Shown here piece by piece: positions 1 through 8,030 of a stretch of DNA of 29,646 nucleotides; positions within the stretch are counted from its first letter, which is position 1, and every line of letters starts with the position of its first letter. The stretch comes from a virus (Duplodnaviria > Caudoviricetes): IMG/VR virus record IMGVR_UViG_3300030372_000255, positions 1 to 29,646 of that record; one strand, 5' to 3'. A model generated the notes under the pieces. The model saw only the letters and a list, made by a program, of their open reading frames with translations. It did no database searches and had not been told where the DNA came from. The position numbers and the translations under genes are program-made.

Positions 1-99
1 TAATTGTCAAATCTTTCTTGAAATGGCTCTAATGCAAAGTCATCATTTACAAAATATCTAGCTTCTTTGTCTGCAGTAACATCTCTGTGATTAAGTATG
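1..99. repeat. Terminal direct repeat, left copy (circular assembly overlap)
   Basis: Bases 1-99 (taattgtcaaatc...ttaagtatg) are identical to 29548-29646, and an ORF reads through the junction. Confidence 0.95.
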
Positions 100-410
100 C
101 TGCCTGACTTTAGTAGTGCTATAATATCTGTAGCTATTTGTAATACATCACTCTGCACATACTGCTCCTGATTATTGTCAGGGTCTACTATATCCATAAC
201 AAATATTTGAAAATTAAAAGTCTTTAACTGTAGACTAACATCTACACTAACAGGATTAATATGATATAAGGGAAACAAAGTAGTGTCCTCTAAGTCTATA
301 TCAAATATCTGTCCTGTAGTAGTAGTCTTAATCTGTAAGTGCTTGTCTCCTAGACATTTAAGTGTCTCTATTACATTCCCATAAGTTTTGTATCTGATGC
401 TATCTGCCAT
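1..410 (-). CDS. 5' part of origin-spanning gene (410->1, then 29547->29451; 168 aa), putative tail terminator/tail completion protein
   Basis: Manual translation MADSIRYKTYGNVIETLKCLGDKHLQIKTTTTGQIFDIDLEDTTLFPLYHINPVSV...FQIFVMDIV...EPFQERFDNYVTGWVFDVAVEV...CDIPIDTSVTCVK*; 507 nt open across the junction; absent from the ORF track; function inferred from size, beta-rich pattern and context. Confidence 0.75.
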   Translation of the reverse strand, partial: MADSIRYKTYGNVIETLKCLGDKHLQIKTTTTGQIFDIDLEDTTLFPLYHINPVSVDVSLQLKTFNFQIFVMDIVDPDNNQEQYVQSDVLQIATDIIALLKSGSILNHRDVTADKEARYFVNDDFALEPFQERFDN

Positions 411-687
411 ATTTTAACATTTGCTGCTCATGCTCCTGCTTTCTTATAAAGTCTATGTCTTTTTTATAACTCATATAAGTAAAACACTCTAATGCTTTGA
501 GCTTTGTTATTGTATTTATTTTATCTATTTTCTCATCTGCTAACACATATAGTGTATTATACCATCCCCATTTGTCACTTATTTTGTTTCTGTGGTCATA
601 TCTAAATCCCTGTCCTGGCTCTTCTGTTTCAGTGCTGCTATTGAAGATTTCAGAGTAGTCTGTAATAACTCCCTGCCTAAATCCGAA
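400..687 (-). CDS. -1 frame extension of tail assembly chaperone (gpGT-like, about 273 aa fusion)
   Basis: After the T9 run (686-694) the -1 frame is open for 95 codons: FGFRQGVITDYSEIF...SDKWGWYNTLYVLADEKIDKINTITKLKALECFTYMSYKKD...YGR*; no ATG until near its end; stop overlaps the next gene start. Confidence 0.75.
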   Translation of the reverse strand, partial: FGFRQGVITDYSEIFNSSTETEEPGQGFRYDHRNKISDKWGWYNTLYVLADEKIDKINTITKLKALECFTYMSYKKDIDFIRKQEHEQQMLKYGR

Positions 688-1220
688 AAAAAAACCGAGA
701 CTCCATAAAAATCTCCTACTTTCATTTTAGTCTTAAAAAGCTCCTGCCTGACCTTGCATGGCTTATACTCTTCTATTCTATACTTATCATCTATTTTGTC
801 AGTTATAGGTCTGTATAAAACACTCATTATCTTATGTAGATTATCCTCCACACCATTAGATATATATGTGTCAATATCTACCCACTCTCCCATGCTTATA
901 TCTGACAGCTTAGGATTAAAACCATACTCTACACCATCTATCTCTATAATGTGTTTTAACTCATCCTCAGGTAGACTCTTTATTAGTCCTCCTACATAGC
1001 CTCCTAACTGTGCTATGTTTTTTGTAGGTAGTCTTAATAAGTCCTCCTCTTCTATGCCTGATATTATGTTAATAATGTGCACTACTTTCTCTAGTTCTCT
1101 TAGTCCTACCTGCTTTGCTTTCTTAATAACTTTGACATAAGTATCTAATGTTATGTCATTCCAGTGCATAGGCATCTTATGTGTCTGCTGCTTATTGTCT
1201 TTGATGAGTGTAATCTCCAT
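579..1220 (-). CDS. Tail assembly chaperone (gpG-like)
   Basis: 213 aa ORF with slippery GTT TTT TTT TCG near its 3' end and an overlapping open -1 frame. Confidence 0.7.
   Translation of the reverse strand: MEITLIKDNKQQTHKMPMHWNDITLDTYVKVIKKAKQVGLRELEKVVHIINIISGIEEEDLLRLPTKNIAQLGGYVGGLIKSLPEDELKHIIEIDGVEYGFNPKLSDISMGEWVDIDTYISNGVEDNLHKIMSVLYRPITDKIDDKYRIEEYKPCKVRQELFKTKMKVGDFYGVSVFFSDLGRELLQTTLKSSIAALKQKSQDRDLDMTTETK
686..694 (-). other. Slippery T9 run (T TTT TTT heptamer), programmed frameshift site
   Basis: Plus strand ccg-a9-ccg; in-frame X XXY YYZ heptamer at codons 176-178. Confidence 0.7.
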
Positions 1221-1222
1221 AG

Positions 1223-1251
1223 TATATAATAGAAAAAATTAATATTTAGTT
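1223..1251 (-). promoter_or_regulatory. Putative late promoter, copy 1 (AACTA-N13-TCTATTATATA, 2 nt before ATG)
   Basis: Exact 11-mer TCTATTATATA also found at 3409, 17148 and 19771, always upstream of a gene start. Confidence 0.7.
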
Positions 1252-2567
1252 TACTGTATATAGTATTTGCCAAAATTTTGGTCTATCTCATAATACATAC
1301 GCATCATAATTGTGTCTGCATAATCAGGAGATCTGCCTATTATAGCTTTTATACTGTCTTTTTGTATAACTTGTAGTTTATTATCTTTATCCATGTCTTT
1401 TGACCTTATCTGCTCTAGCTCTTCTATAATGTTATTTTTTTGGTTTGCATCATTACATGTAATACCTATCTGTCCTTTATTAATCATGTCTGCTAGCTTG
1501 TAATAACACTGTGTTTTTAGGTTCTGATAATTTTCTTTATTTATAGCTCTGCTGTTATTTACAAAACCTCTGCACCTTAGCATGTCTTTACAGCCTCCTC
1601 CTACACCATCCTCATCTACTATGATGTTATTTAAATTAATACTCTCTTTGCTTTGTAAGTCTCTTATTTTATCTACTATAGTATTTATAGCAGATTTGTC
1701 ATACGTTATTATTTGTGTTATATGCAGACCCTCCCATAGCATAATTACTGTTTTGTCAGCTCCAAATCTAGCCACATCACATGTAATATACTTATCTCCT
1801 GCTATACCTCTCTGACTAAATAGATTAAGTATAGAGTCATAATTACATAGATTATCCTGTCCTGCATTATACTCCCAGTTCCCATATAATAGCCTTTGCT
1901 TAGACATCTCATCTAATTTTTCTAGCTGCCCTTTATAGTGCACAGATATATAGGGATTGTCATCTACTAATGACTGTATAAATTTTTTATGCTCTTCTAA
2001 TTTGCCATCTTTTGCTTTCCTGTAGTATTGTGTATAGACCCAGTTTTTAGATGGATTGCATGTCAGTAAAATTTTTGGGATCAATTTAAATTTATCTAGC
2101 TTATACCTTATCCTACTAGACACTATATTTTTAGCTCTCTCTGTTATCTGATTTGCCTCATCTATAAATGCACCTGTTATTTCTAATGATCCTAAACTGT
2201 CAAAGTTTTTGTCTGATGGATACATAAAAAGGTCTTTTAGTATTATCTCTGATTTGTTAAAAAATGTAATAATATTAGAGCTAGCATTAAAATTAAAAAG
2301 TTTGCCTGCCCTTACATTATATTTAGCACACACCTCAAAAAACGTATTAAGTGTAGTTTTTTTTAGATTATCTAATTTACTCCTGCCCATAAGCCATCTA
2401 GTGCCAGGATATTTAATGCACATAAGTATTAACCAGCTACACCCTATATATGACTTTCCTCCTCCTGCTGCTCCTCCAAATAATATGTCATTAGTTTTAC
2501 TGTCTAATAAATAGGCAAATGCTCTGCCCTGTGTGCTTGTATATTCAGGCTCAATAATCAACCCCAT
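1251..2567 (-). CDS. terL: Terminase large subunit
   Basis: Walker A GGAAGGGKS, Walker B AFIDEA, motif LTCNP, RNase H-like nuclease DVARFGAD and SPDYAD. Confidence 0.95.
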   Translation of the reverse strand: MGLIIEPEYTSTQGRAFAYLLDSKTNDILFGGAAGGGKSYIGCSWLILMCIKYPGTRWLMGRSKLDNLKKTTLNTFFEVCAKYNVRAGKLFNFNASSNIITFFNKSEIILKDLFMYPSDKNFDSLGSLEITGAFIDEANQITERAKNIVSSRIRYKLDKFKLIPKILLTCNPSKNWVYTQYYRKAKDGKLEEHKKFIQSLVDDNPYISVHYKGQLEKLDEMSKQRLLYGNWEYNAGQDNLCNYDSILNLFSQRGIAGDKYITCDVARFGADKTVIMLWEGLHITQIITYDKSAINTIVDKIRDLQSKESINLNNIIVDEDGVGGGCKDMLRCRGFVNNSRAINKENYQNLKTQCYYKLADMINKGQIGITCNDANQKNNIIEELEQIRSKDMDKDNKLQVIQKDSIKAIIGRSPDYADTIMMRMYYEIDQNFGKYYIQ

Positions 2568-2904
2568 CTATGTTAATTTTAATCTGTATAGGCTCATCAT
2601 CAGGACTAAGGTCTATCTCCTGTCTTTCAATATAGCCTCTTTTTTTGCCTTTTGTTTTTAAAAAAAATATAGTAGCAGATGTGCTGCCCTCTTTCATTTG
2701 TTGATGTAATTGGCTCTCTCCAAAATCTAGAGCTATATTTTCTATCTCTTTTACCTGTGCACTAAACTCCTTATCCTCTTTAAGCCATTTATAATATGTG
2801 CTCCTAGGTGTGTCAGTTTGCTTACATGCTACTGTTACTATGCCTAAACTGTTCTCTAATGCTTTTAACATAGCCTCCTTTTTTATGTGTCTACTTTTGT
2901 CCAT
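2551..2904 (-). CDS. terS: Terminase small subunit (HTH)
   Basis: HTH (ACKQTDTPRSTYYKW), ATIFFLKTKGKKRGY motif, directly upstream of and overlapping terL. Confidence 0.8.
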   Translation of the reverse strand: MDKSRHIKKEAMLKALENSLGIVTVACKQTDTPRSTYYKWLKEDKEFSAQVKEIENIALDFGESQLHQQMKEGSTSATIFFLKTKGKKRGYIERQEIDLSPDDEPIQIKINIDGVDY

Positions 2905-3406
2905 ATATATCTATAAAATTTTCATAGTTTATTTTTTTACCTTTTACTTTAAAAGTCTTTTGCATATCTTGTAGCTCTTCTATATTCTCACATCTAATTA
3001 CAAAATTACTAGACTCACTTTCCTCTATATCTTTGTCATCTATATTATCCCATACATCTAAACCCCAGTCTTGTAGCTTTACACTATCCCACTCATTAGC
3101 TAATATATCCCATTCCCAGTCTCCAAATCCTACATTATCCTTTATGATAAACTCTTCTTTTTGCTCTTTTGTTAGTCCCTCTGCTATGTCTATATATATC
3201 TCTTTATGTCCTGCCTCTATACATGCTTTTAGTCTCATGTTTCCTCCTAACACCATCATGTCCTCATCTACTACTATAGGTCTTAGTTTTAACATCTGAG
3301 GGAATTGCTTAACACTCTCTACTAGTTTCCTAAATTTATTATTTTTAATAATTCTAGGATTCTTAGGATTTGCTCTAATTGTGTGTGTCTTAACCTTTTG
3401 CCTCAT
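2891..3406 (-). CDS. ParB/Srx-like N-terminal domain protein (start revised to ATG 3406)
   Basis: NPKNPR...LVESVK...RPIVVDE...LGGNMRLKA...DN motifs; promoter motif lies 2 nt above ATG 3406, inside the track's longer TTG-start ORF. Confidence 0.8.
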   Translation of the reverse strand: MRQKVKTHTIRANPKNPRIIKNNKFRKLVESVKQFPQMLKLRPIVVDEDMMVLGGNMRLKACIEAGHKEIYIDIAEGLTKEQKEEFIIKDNVGFGDWEWDILANEWDSVKLQDWGLDVWDNIDDKDIEESESSNFVIRCENIEELQDMQKTFKVKGKKINYENFIDIYGQK

Positions 3407-3408
3407 AC

Positions 3409-3437
3409 TATATAATAGATTTGTGTGCTTTTTATTT
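3409..3437 (-). promoter_or_regulatory. Putative late promoter, copy 2
   Basis: AAATA-N13-TCTATTATATA-GT-ATG. Confidence 0.7.
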
Positions 3438-4074
3438 AACATATTCTTAATTGTGCAGCATTTTGCTTTATTCTTTTTATAGCTGCTTCAAAATAATCTT
3501 TGTCCAATTCACATGCAGTTAAATCATATCTTAAATTATGGCAGGCTATAGCTATTGATCCACTGCCTAAATGAGTATCTAATATTTTATCGCCTTTTTT
3601 TGCATAGTTCATTAACAACCATTCATATAGTTTAACGGGTTTTTGAGTGGGGTGTATTCTGTTTTTGCCTCCATTCGTTCCACTTTTAGAATTTATCTTA
3701 TAACTTCTTAATGCTCTATCAAAAGATGTAAATATAATTTCTCCATCTGAAAAATCATTATTACCATTATTTTTATTCCAATATACCCAGCCTGAAGTTG
3801 AATATAAATTCTCTATAAAATAATTAGCACCAAATATTATCTGATTTACACTAACTCTATATAATTCTTGCCAATATTTTTTATGTGGTTTTGTATCCCA
3901 ATTTTTTAGTTTATATTTTTGTTCTCTTTTAGAATTTCTATTTTTAGGAGTGCTATTTTTAAATATATTATTTATAGTGCCAATTCCATAAGGAGGATCT
4001 ATAATAGCTAAGTCGAAATGATTATCCTTATATCTAGACATTAAGTCCATATTATCTTCATTTGTTATATTCAT
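3436..4074 (-). CDS. DNA amino-methyltransferase (N6A/N4C, beta class)
   Basis: Catalytic DPPY, HPTQKP, then SAM-binding ILDTHLGSGS. Confidence 0.92.
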   Translation of the reverse strand: MNITNEDNMDLMSRYKDNHFDLAIIDPPYGIGTINNIFKNSTPKNRNSKREQKYKLKNWDTKPHKKYWQELYRVSVNQIIFGANYFIENLYSTSGWVYWNKNNGNNDFSDGEIIFTSFDRALRSYKINSKSGTNGGKNRIHPTQKPVKLYEWLLMNYAKKGDKILDTHLGSGSIAIACHNLRYDLTACELDKDYFEAAIKRIKQNAAQLRIC

Positions 4075-4088
4075 TGTGTGTTTTTTAT

Positions 4089-4319
4089 TTATTCACAGTT
4101 ATTATATTTAAAGTCATTCCACAGTCTATCTCCTTTGCCTAATGATGGCTCTGTCCTTTTTAACTTAGGAATGCCCTCATACTCTTTTGTTATCTCTTGC
4201 TCCATGTATGTATCACAGCACATAGCCTCCTTACATACTAGACCATGACCTGTCACATAACTTAGTTTTATCTTGTATATGTCTTTTGTGTTTCCACATA
4301 TATTGCATGTAAATCTCAT
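4089..4319 (-). CDS. Small zinc-ribbon protein
   Basis: CNICG and CC motifs; ATGA overlap with upstream gene. Confidence 0.6.
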   Translation of the reverse strand: MRFTCNICGNTKDIYKIKLSYVTGHGLVCKEAMCCDTYMEQEITKEYEGIPKLKRTEPSLGKGDRLWNDFKYNNCE

Positions 4320-4441
4320 TTTTTTCTATACTTTATTTTATAAAAAATATATGTTATAGTAGGACAGCCAAATATAAGTATAAAAATATTAGGATGTGGC
4401 TCTCCACAAAATCCAAATAAGTGTTTAAAAAATTCAAACAT
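4316..4441 (-). CDS. Small membrane protein, 41 aa (not in track)
   Basis: MFEFFKHLFGFCGEPHPNIFILIFGCPTITYIFYKIKYRKK*; fills the gap exactly with overlaps at both ends. Confidence 0.65.
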   Translation of the reverse strand: MFEFFKHLFGFCGEPHPNIFILIFGCPTITYIFYKIKYRKK

Positions 4442-4799
4442 TTTGCATATTATCTAGTGACATTTTTAAAAGTATTAAATATCCTATAAGGTCATCTATA
4501 GTGTCCTCTGTTTTGTCTGTTATGCCTTTGTTTTTAATTCTAGCTAGCTTGTCATCTATTCTAGCACATAATGCCTCTGTAGAGTTTAGCTTACTAAAAA
4601 TGCCTGTAGGATTGAGTGCTGTGTTTCCATAAGCATTGTTTTTTTCTTTAAGTAGGTTTGTTATTCTTTCTACTGTTTTATCTAAGTGCCAGTCAAATTT
4701 TATAGTTTTTTTGTCTACTAACATTTTAGGATTTATTTCTTTTGTCATATCTAAATTTCTATCAAATTCATAAAAATATTTACTTTTTTTTTCTCTCAT
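4434..4799 (-). CDS. Nucleotide modification associated domain 1 (Nmad1/DUF1599-like) protein
   Basis: KNNAYG...RIDDKLARI...EDTIDDLIGYLIL helical pattern. Confidence 0.7.
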   Translation of the reverse strand: MREKKSKYFYEFDRNLDMTKEINPKMLVDKKTIKFDWHLDKTVERITNLLKEKNNAYGNTALNPTGIFSKLNSTEALCARIDDKLARIKNKGITDKTEDTIDDLIGYLILLKMSLDNMQNV

Positions 4800-5028
4800 A
4801 GTATCTGTGTTCTCTTCTAAGTGGTGTTTGTTTATGCATTAAATATGTGTGTTCATAGCTAGGACTTGTAAATTTCATACCTGTAATAAGCTCCCAGCTT
4901 ATGTCTTGTGTAATCACATCAGGTATTTTCATAACTTTTTTATTTATATTAGTATCATCATAGTCTCCATATATACTGTTATATACTGGTAGTTTTCTCC
5001 TGCCAGCGTTTCTCTTATTTTTTTTCAT
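4780..5028 (-). CDS. Hypothetical protein
   Basis: Overlapping ORF in the operon. Confidence 0.6.
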   Translation of the reverse strand: MKKNKRNAGRRKLPVYNSIYGDYDDTNINKKVMKIPDVITQDISWELITGMKFTSPSYEHTYLMHKQTPLRREHRYYERKKK

Positions 5029-5413
5029 CTATAATTTTTTTTATACCATCTCTCACAGCTCTTAGGCATGAGCTACAATTAGTGCCTGTGTTATAGCCTG
5101 TGTTATAAATTGTATTATGTAACTCTATAGCTCTTTTTTTATATTCATGATTTAAAGCTGCTCCTGTTTTTATACCCTCCCATATATCCTCTGCTTCTTT
5201 TATTAAATACTTAGGCAGATGCTCTTTTTTTTCGTTCTTAGACACTTTTAGCCATTTTCCAATAGGACACCCCATAACAGCTATAGAGCTCTTTATACGC
5301 ATAAAACAGCCACACTTTCTGCATGTTCCTGTAGGTTTAAAATAAAACTCACATGCTCTGCAAATGTTTAGTCTTTCCTCTTTTAGTTTTTTTGTTACAA
5401 AAAAATTAGCCAT
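5015..5413 (-). CDS. Cys-rich metal-binding protein (DUF6171-like)
   Basis: ERLNICRAC...CRKCGCFM..K......CPIGKW plus C-terminal CSSC. Confidence 0.65.
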   Translation of the reverse strand: MANFFVTKKLKEERLNICRACEFYFKPTGTCRKCGCFMRIKSSIAVMGCPIGKWLKVSKNEKKEHLPKYLIKEAEDIWEGIKTGAALNHEYKKRAIELHNTIYNTGYNTGTNCSSCLRAVRDGIKKIIDEKK

Positions 5414-5813
5414 TTAATAACTCATCTACTTTTGTTTTATAATATTCTATCTCCTCCTCATAGTCTGCTCTAGTATATTTAATGCTAGTCCTAGCTAGCT
5501 TATACATTTTTTCTGCTGTGCCCTCTCCCTCTCTTAGGTCTAATAGTTTGCCAAATACATAAGCCTCTCCATTATTAAAAATGTTACAGCGTTTGCACTG
5601 TGGTTTAACATTAGATAAGTGAAAGCGACTAGGCAAATACTTTCTGCTTTGAAAATGCCCAGCATCTACCTCTTTCCAGTGCTTAATAGATTCGCATGTA
5701 TAGCACTGCACATATCCATTTTCATCTGCTGCACTAAGCCTGACATATCTGCTAAATATAGTGTCTAGACTTCTTTTAAGCTGTGCTAGTGTTCTAGTTT
5801 TTTTCCTCTTCAT
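5406..5813 (-). CDS. ninG: NinG/Rap-like recombination endonuclease
   Basis: FSRYVRL, CYTC, DAGHFQSR, NVKPQCKRCN motifs. Confidence 0.85.
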   Translation of the reverse strand: MKRKKTRTLAQLKRSLDTIFSRYVRLSAADENGYVQCYTCESIKHWKEVDAGHFQSRKYLPSRFHLSNVKPQCKRCNIFNNGEAYVFGKLLDLREGEGTAEKMYKLARTSIKYTRADYEEEIEYYKTKVDELLNG

Positions 5814-6342
5814 TTAATGCCTTTATTAAATGTTTACGCACATTATCTATAGTAGTAAACAAACTATTTCTACTAATACCTGTTTTTTTTGCTAGTCCAT
5901 CTAATGTCTCTCCCTCAGGGGTGTAATACAGTTTATATAACTCTCTATCATACCAGTAAATACTATCTAACTCATTATCTATTTTTTCAAATAGCTCCCA
6001 GGTAGATGTCTCATTTTCTTTTAACATCTTAAATTTTTCTCCTACTGTAGGCTTATATACAGCATGACTATCTATGTATAAATTATATTTTTTATATGTA
6101 TAATAATATTCACTTCTAGGGCTATTAAATGACCTCCTTAATGCTACTGCTCCATATCTTATAATGCCTTTTTTGCCATCTCTTTGATATATGCTTTTAA
6201 GTGTTTCAGGATTCATTTTAAGAAAATATAAAAGTAACATTTGCACCGCATCATCACTTTCATGTTTCTGCTTTGTATATTGACTAGCTATGCCCATAAA
6301 CACATCCCTTAAATCTGCTATGACTTTGTATATCTCAGTCAT
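5794..6342 (-). CDS. ECF-like RNA polymerase sigma factor / late transcription factor
   Basis: Region 2-like DDAVQMLLL near the N-terminus; region 4 HTH RELYKLYY...LDGLAKKTGISRNSLFTTIDNVRKHL; 182 aa. Confidence 0.7.
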   Translation of the reverse strand: MTEIYKVIADLRDVFMGIASQYTKQKHESDDAVQMLLLYFLKMNPETLKSIYQRDGKKGIIRYGAVALRRSFNSPRSEYYYTYKKYNLYIDSHAVYKPTVGEKFKMLKENETSTWELFEKIDNELDSIYWYDRELYKLYYTPEGETLDGLAKKTGISRNSLFTTIDNVRKHLIKALNEEEKN

Positions 6343-6688
6343 TTTCAGGCTGTATTTCGTTAAGTTCTGTGATTACTCTAAGGCTAAACTCATATATTAG
6401 AGTCCTGTGTATTTTTACTATAGCTGCGTTTTCTTTTGTCTCATAGCCACAAAGAAAGCCACTGACCATAGTAGAGAAATTAATAGGGATAATTAAAAGA
6501 AAGTCATAAAAATTGCCTAGTCTATTGCTGCTAAAATTATTATGATAATCTATTATTATGTTTGCTATGTCTATAAAATCATTATACTTAGCATCCTCTT
6601 CTACTATCTCTCTAATGCTAGAATAAACTGTCTTTAAGTAAGTGTCCACTATAACCTCATGCTCATGACTGACATATATAGGTTTCAT
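6335..6688 (-). CDS. Hypothetical protein (likely start ATG 6688)
   Basis: ORF overlapping the sigma gene start; track start is TTG. Confidence 0.65.
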   Translation of the reverse strand: MKPIYVSHEHEVIVDTYLKTVYSSIREIVEEDAKYNDFIDIANIIIDYHNNFSSNRLGNFYDFLLIIPINFSTMVSGFLCGYETKENAAIVKIHRTLIYEFSLRVITELNEIQPEND

Positions 6689-6694
6689 GGATAA

Positions 6695-6750
6695 CAAGTT
6701 TACTATAAAACATAGCTATAAAAACATACTTAATAATAATTTTATTAACA
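6695..6750 (-). promoter_or_regulatory. Intergenic control region: TAAACTTG (-7-like) with tandem TATGTTTT(T)ATAG repeat
   Basis: caagttta at 6695-6702; ctataaaacata at 6703-6714 and ctataaaaacata at 6716-6728. Confidence 0.4.
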
Positions 6751-6754
6751 AATT

Positions 6755-7057
6755 TTATTTATAACTATATAAATTGCCACCATATCTAGGTGTGCTGTCT
6801 GCATCTATCATATTATTACCTTTGATAACTAGACCTTTTGCTATATCTCCAGGCTTTGCATTTTGTATAAATCTATGCCAATTTTGATAGTTTCTGTATG
6901 TAGTGTCTATACATGTCCTGTATGACTTTATGCCATCATTAAAAAATAAATAATACATAGTGCCATTCCTGCCTTGTATTTTCTTTTTATTTTTATATAC
7001 AAAATCTCCTCTATTAAGATTATTTGCTTTAAAAAATATTTCTTTAAACTTTCCCAT
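6755..7057 (-). CDS. Hypothetical protein
   Basis: 100 aa ORF overlapping the upstream gene. Confidence 0.65.
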   Translation of the reverse strand: MGKFKEIFFKANNLNRGDFVYKNKKKIQGRNGTMYYLFFNDGIKSYRTCIDTTYRNYQNWHRFIQNAKPGDIAKGLVIKGNNMIDADSTPRYGGNLYSYK

Positions 7058-7241
7058 TATCTTTGTCTTTAGATTCTAATGCCCATTTTTTAACTTTTTT
7101 CTTCCATTTTTCATGCTCTATATTTTCTCTTAATTTTTTGTCATTTATTTTTTCTAGTATATACTCCTCTATCCTTATAGCTATTACAAATAAAATTAAC
7201 AGTCCAAAAATGCATCCAATAATAATTCCTAAAATTTTCAT
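7044..7241 (-). CDS. Small membrane-anchored protein
   Basis: N-terminal hydrophobic helix ILGIIIGCIFGLLILFVIAI, then charged tail. Confidence 0.65.
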   Translation of the reverse strand: MKILGIIIGCIFGLLILFVIAIRIEEYILEKINDKKLRENIEHEKWKKKVKKWALESKDKDNGKV

Positions 7242-7612
7242 AGTTTTAATGTTTTTATGTTACTAATTTGTTTCATACCTGTGCCTGATCTATATCTTAA
7301 TCTTTTATCCTGTCTTTCTGGTTCTTTGCTAGCCTCACTCCATATGAGCTGCCTATGAGCTTTAATCCACTTATAAAACGTTTTAACAGATAAAACAAAA
7401 TCATCTGTATTTCTCACTCCTTGTCTAAACGCATATTGTATATCTGTAAAGGTAAGTTTCTCAAAATCTAATTTTAAATCATTAGCTAAACTAACACTCA
7501 TAGTTAAAAACCATTTTTCATCTTTACTTTGATTTAATTCTACAACTGTTCTAAATAATAAATCATTACATAATAAAATTAAATCTTTCTCTTTAATATC
7601 TTTTATTATCAT
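7238..7612 (-). CDS. Hypothetical helical protein, possible helicase loader
   Basis: Lies downstream of the initiator; DIQYAFRQG...LSVKTFYKWI pattern; function is inference. Confidence 0.45.
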   Translation of the reverse strand: MIIKDIKEKDLILLCNDLLFRTVVELNQSKDEKWFLTMSVSLANDLKLDFEKLTFTDIQYAFRQGVRNTDDFVLSVKTFYKWIKAHRQLIWSEASKEPERQDKRLRYRSGTGMKQISNIKTLKL

Positions 7613-8030
7613 TTAATCCTTTTTTTAAAATTACTAAAATGCTTGGTCTCATAGCGCTATTTTTTGTTTGTCCATTTATATCAACAAATTTTAATCTTCC
7701 TTTTATAAATCTAATCTCTCCATATCCATAACAATAATCATGAAACCATTTAGTGTCAGTATTAGCAAAAGTTAAAAAAACACAAAGCTCTGCATTTCCA
7801 TTTTTAATCTCCTCATGAGCTTTAATTAAAAAACCTTTAACATTACTGTATGGTGGATTGACAAAATTTCTCTTTCCCCATTTTACTTCTAATCCATTAA
7901 AATTAGAATTAAGAGGGCACGGATCAAAATCAAAACTAAACTCTTTATTTAAATCATCATATAATTTTTTTGGAGTTGCCCAGTTATCTGTTTTTTTACT
8001 AGAAAATAATTTTATTTGTTGATCATTCAT
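7593..8030 (-). CDS. Phage DNA N6-adenine methyltransferase (phage Dam family, PF05869-like)
   Basis: WATP, FDFDPC, FVNPPYS, TDTKWFH, IRFIKGRLKF motifs. Confidence 0.88.
   Translation of the reverse strand: MNDQQIKLFSSKKTDNWATPKKLYDDLNKEFSFDFDPCPLNSNFNGLEVKWGKRNFVNPPYSNVKGFLIKAHEEIKNGNAELCVFLTFANTDTKWFHDYCYGYGEIRFIKGRLKFVDINGQTKNSAMRPSILVILKKGLNDNKRY

Noticed and set aside
1-99. 99 bp terminal repeat as a biological DTR or att site
   Set aside because: It falls mid-gene and its length equals a common assembler k-mer; best read as circular overlap
3407-3442. Track start of the ParB-like gene at 3442
   Set aside because: TTG start spanning the promoter motif; ATG 3406 matches the 2 nt spacing seen at two other genes
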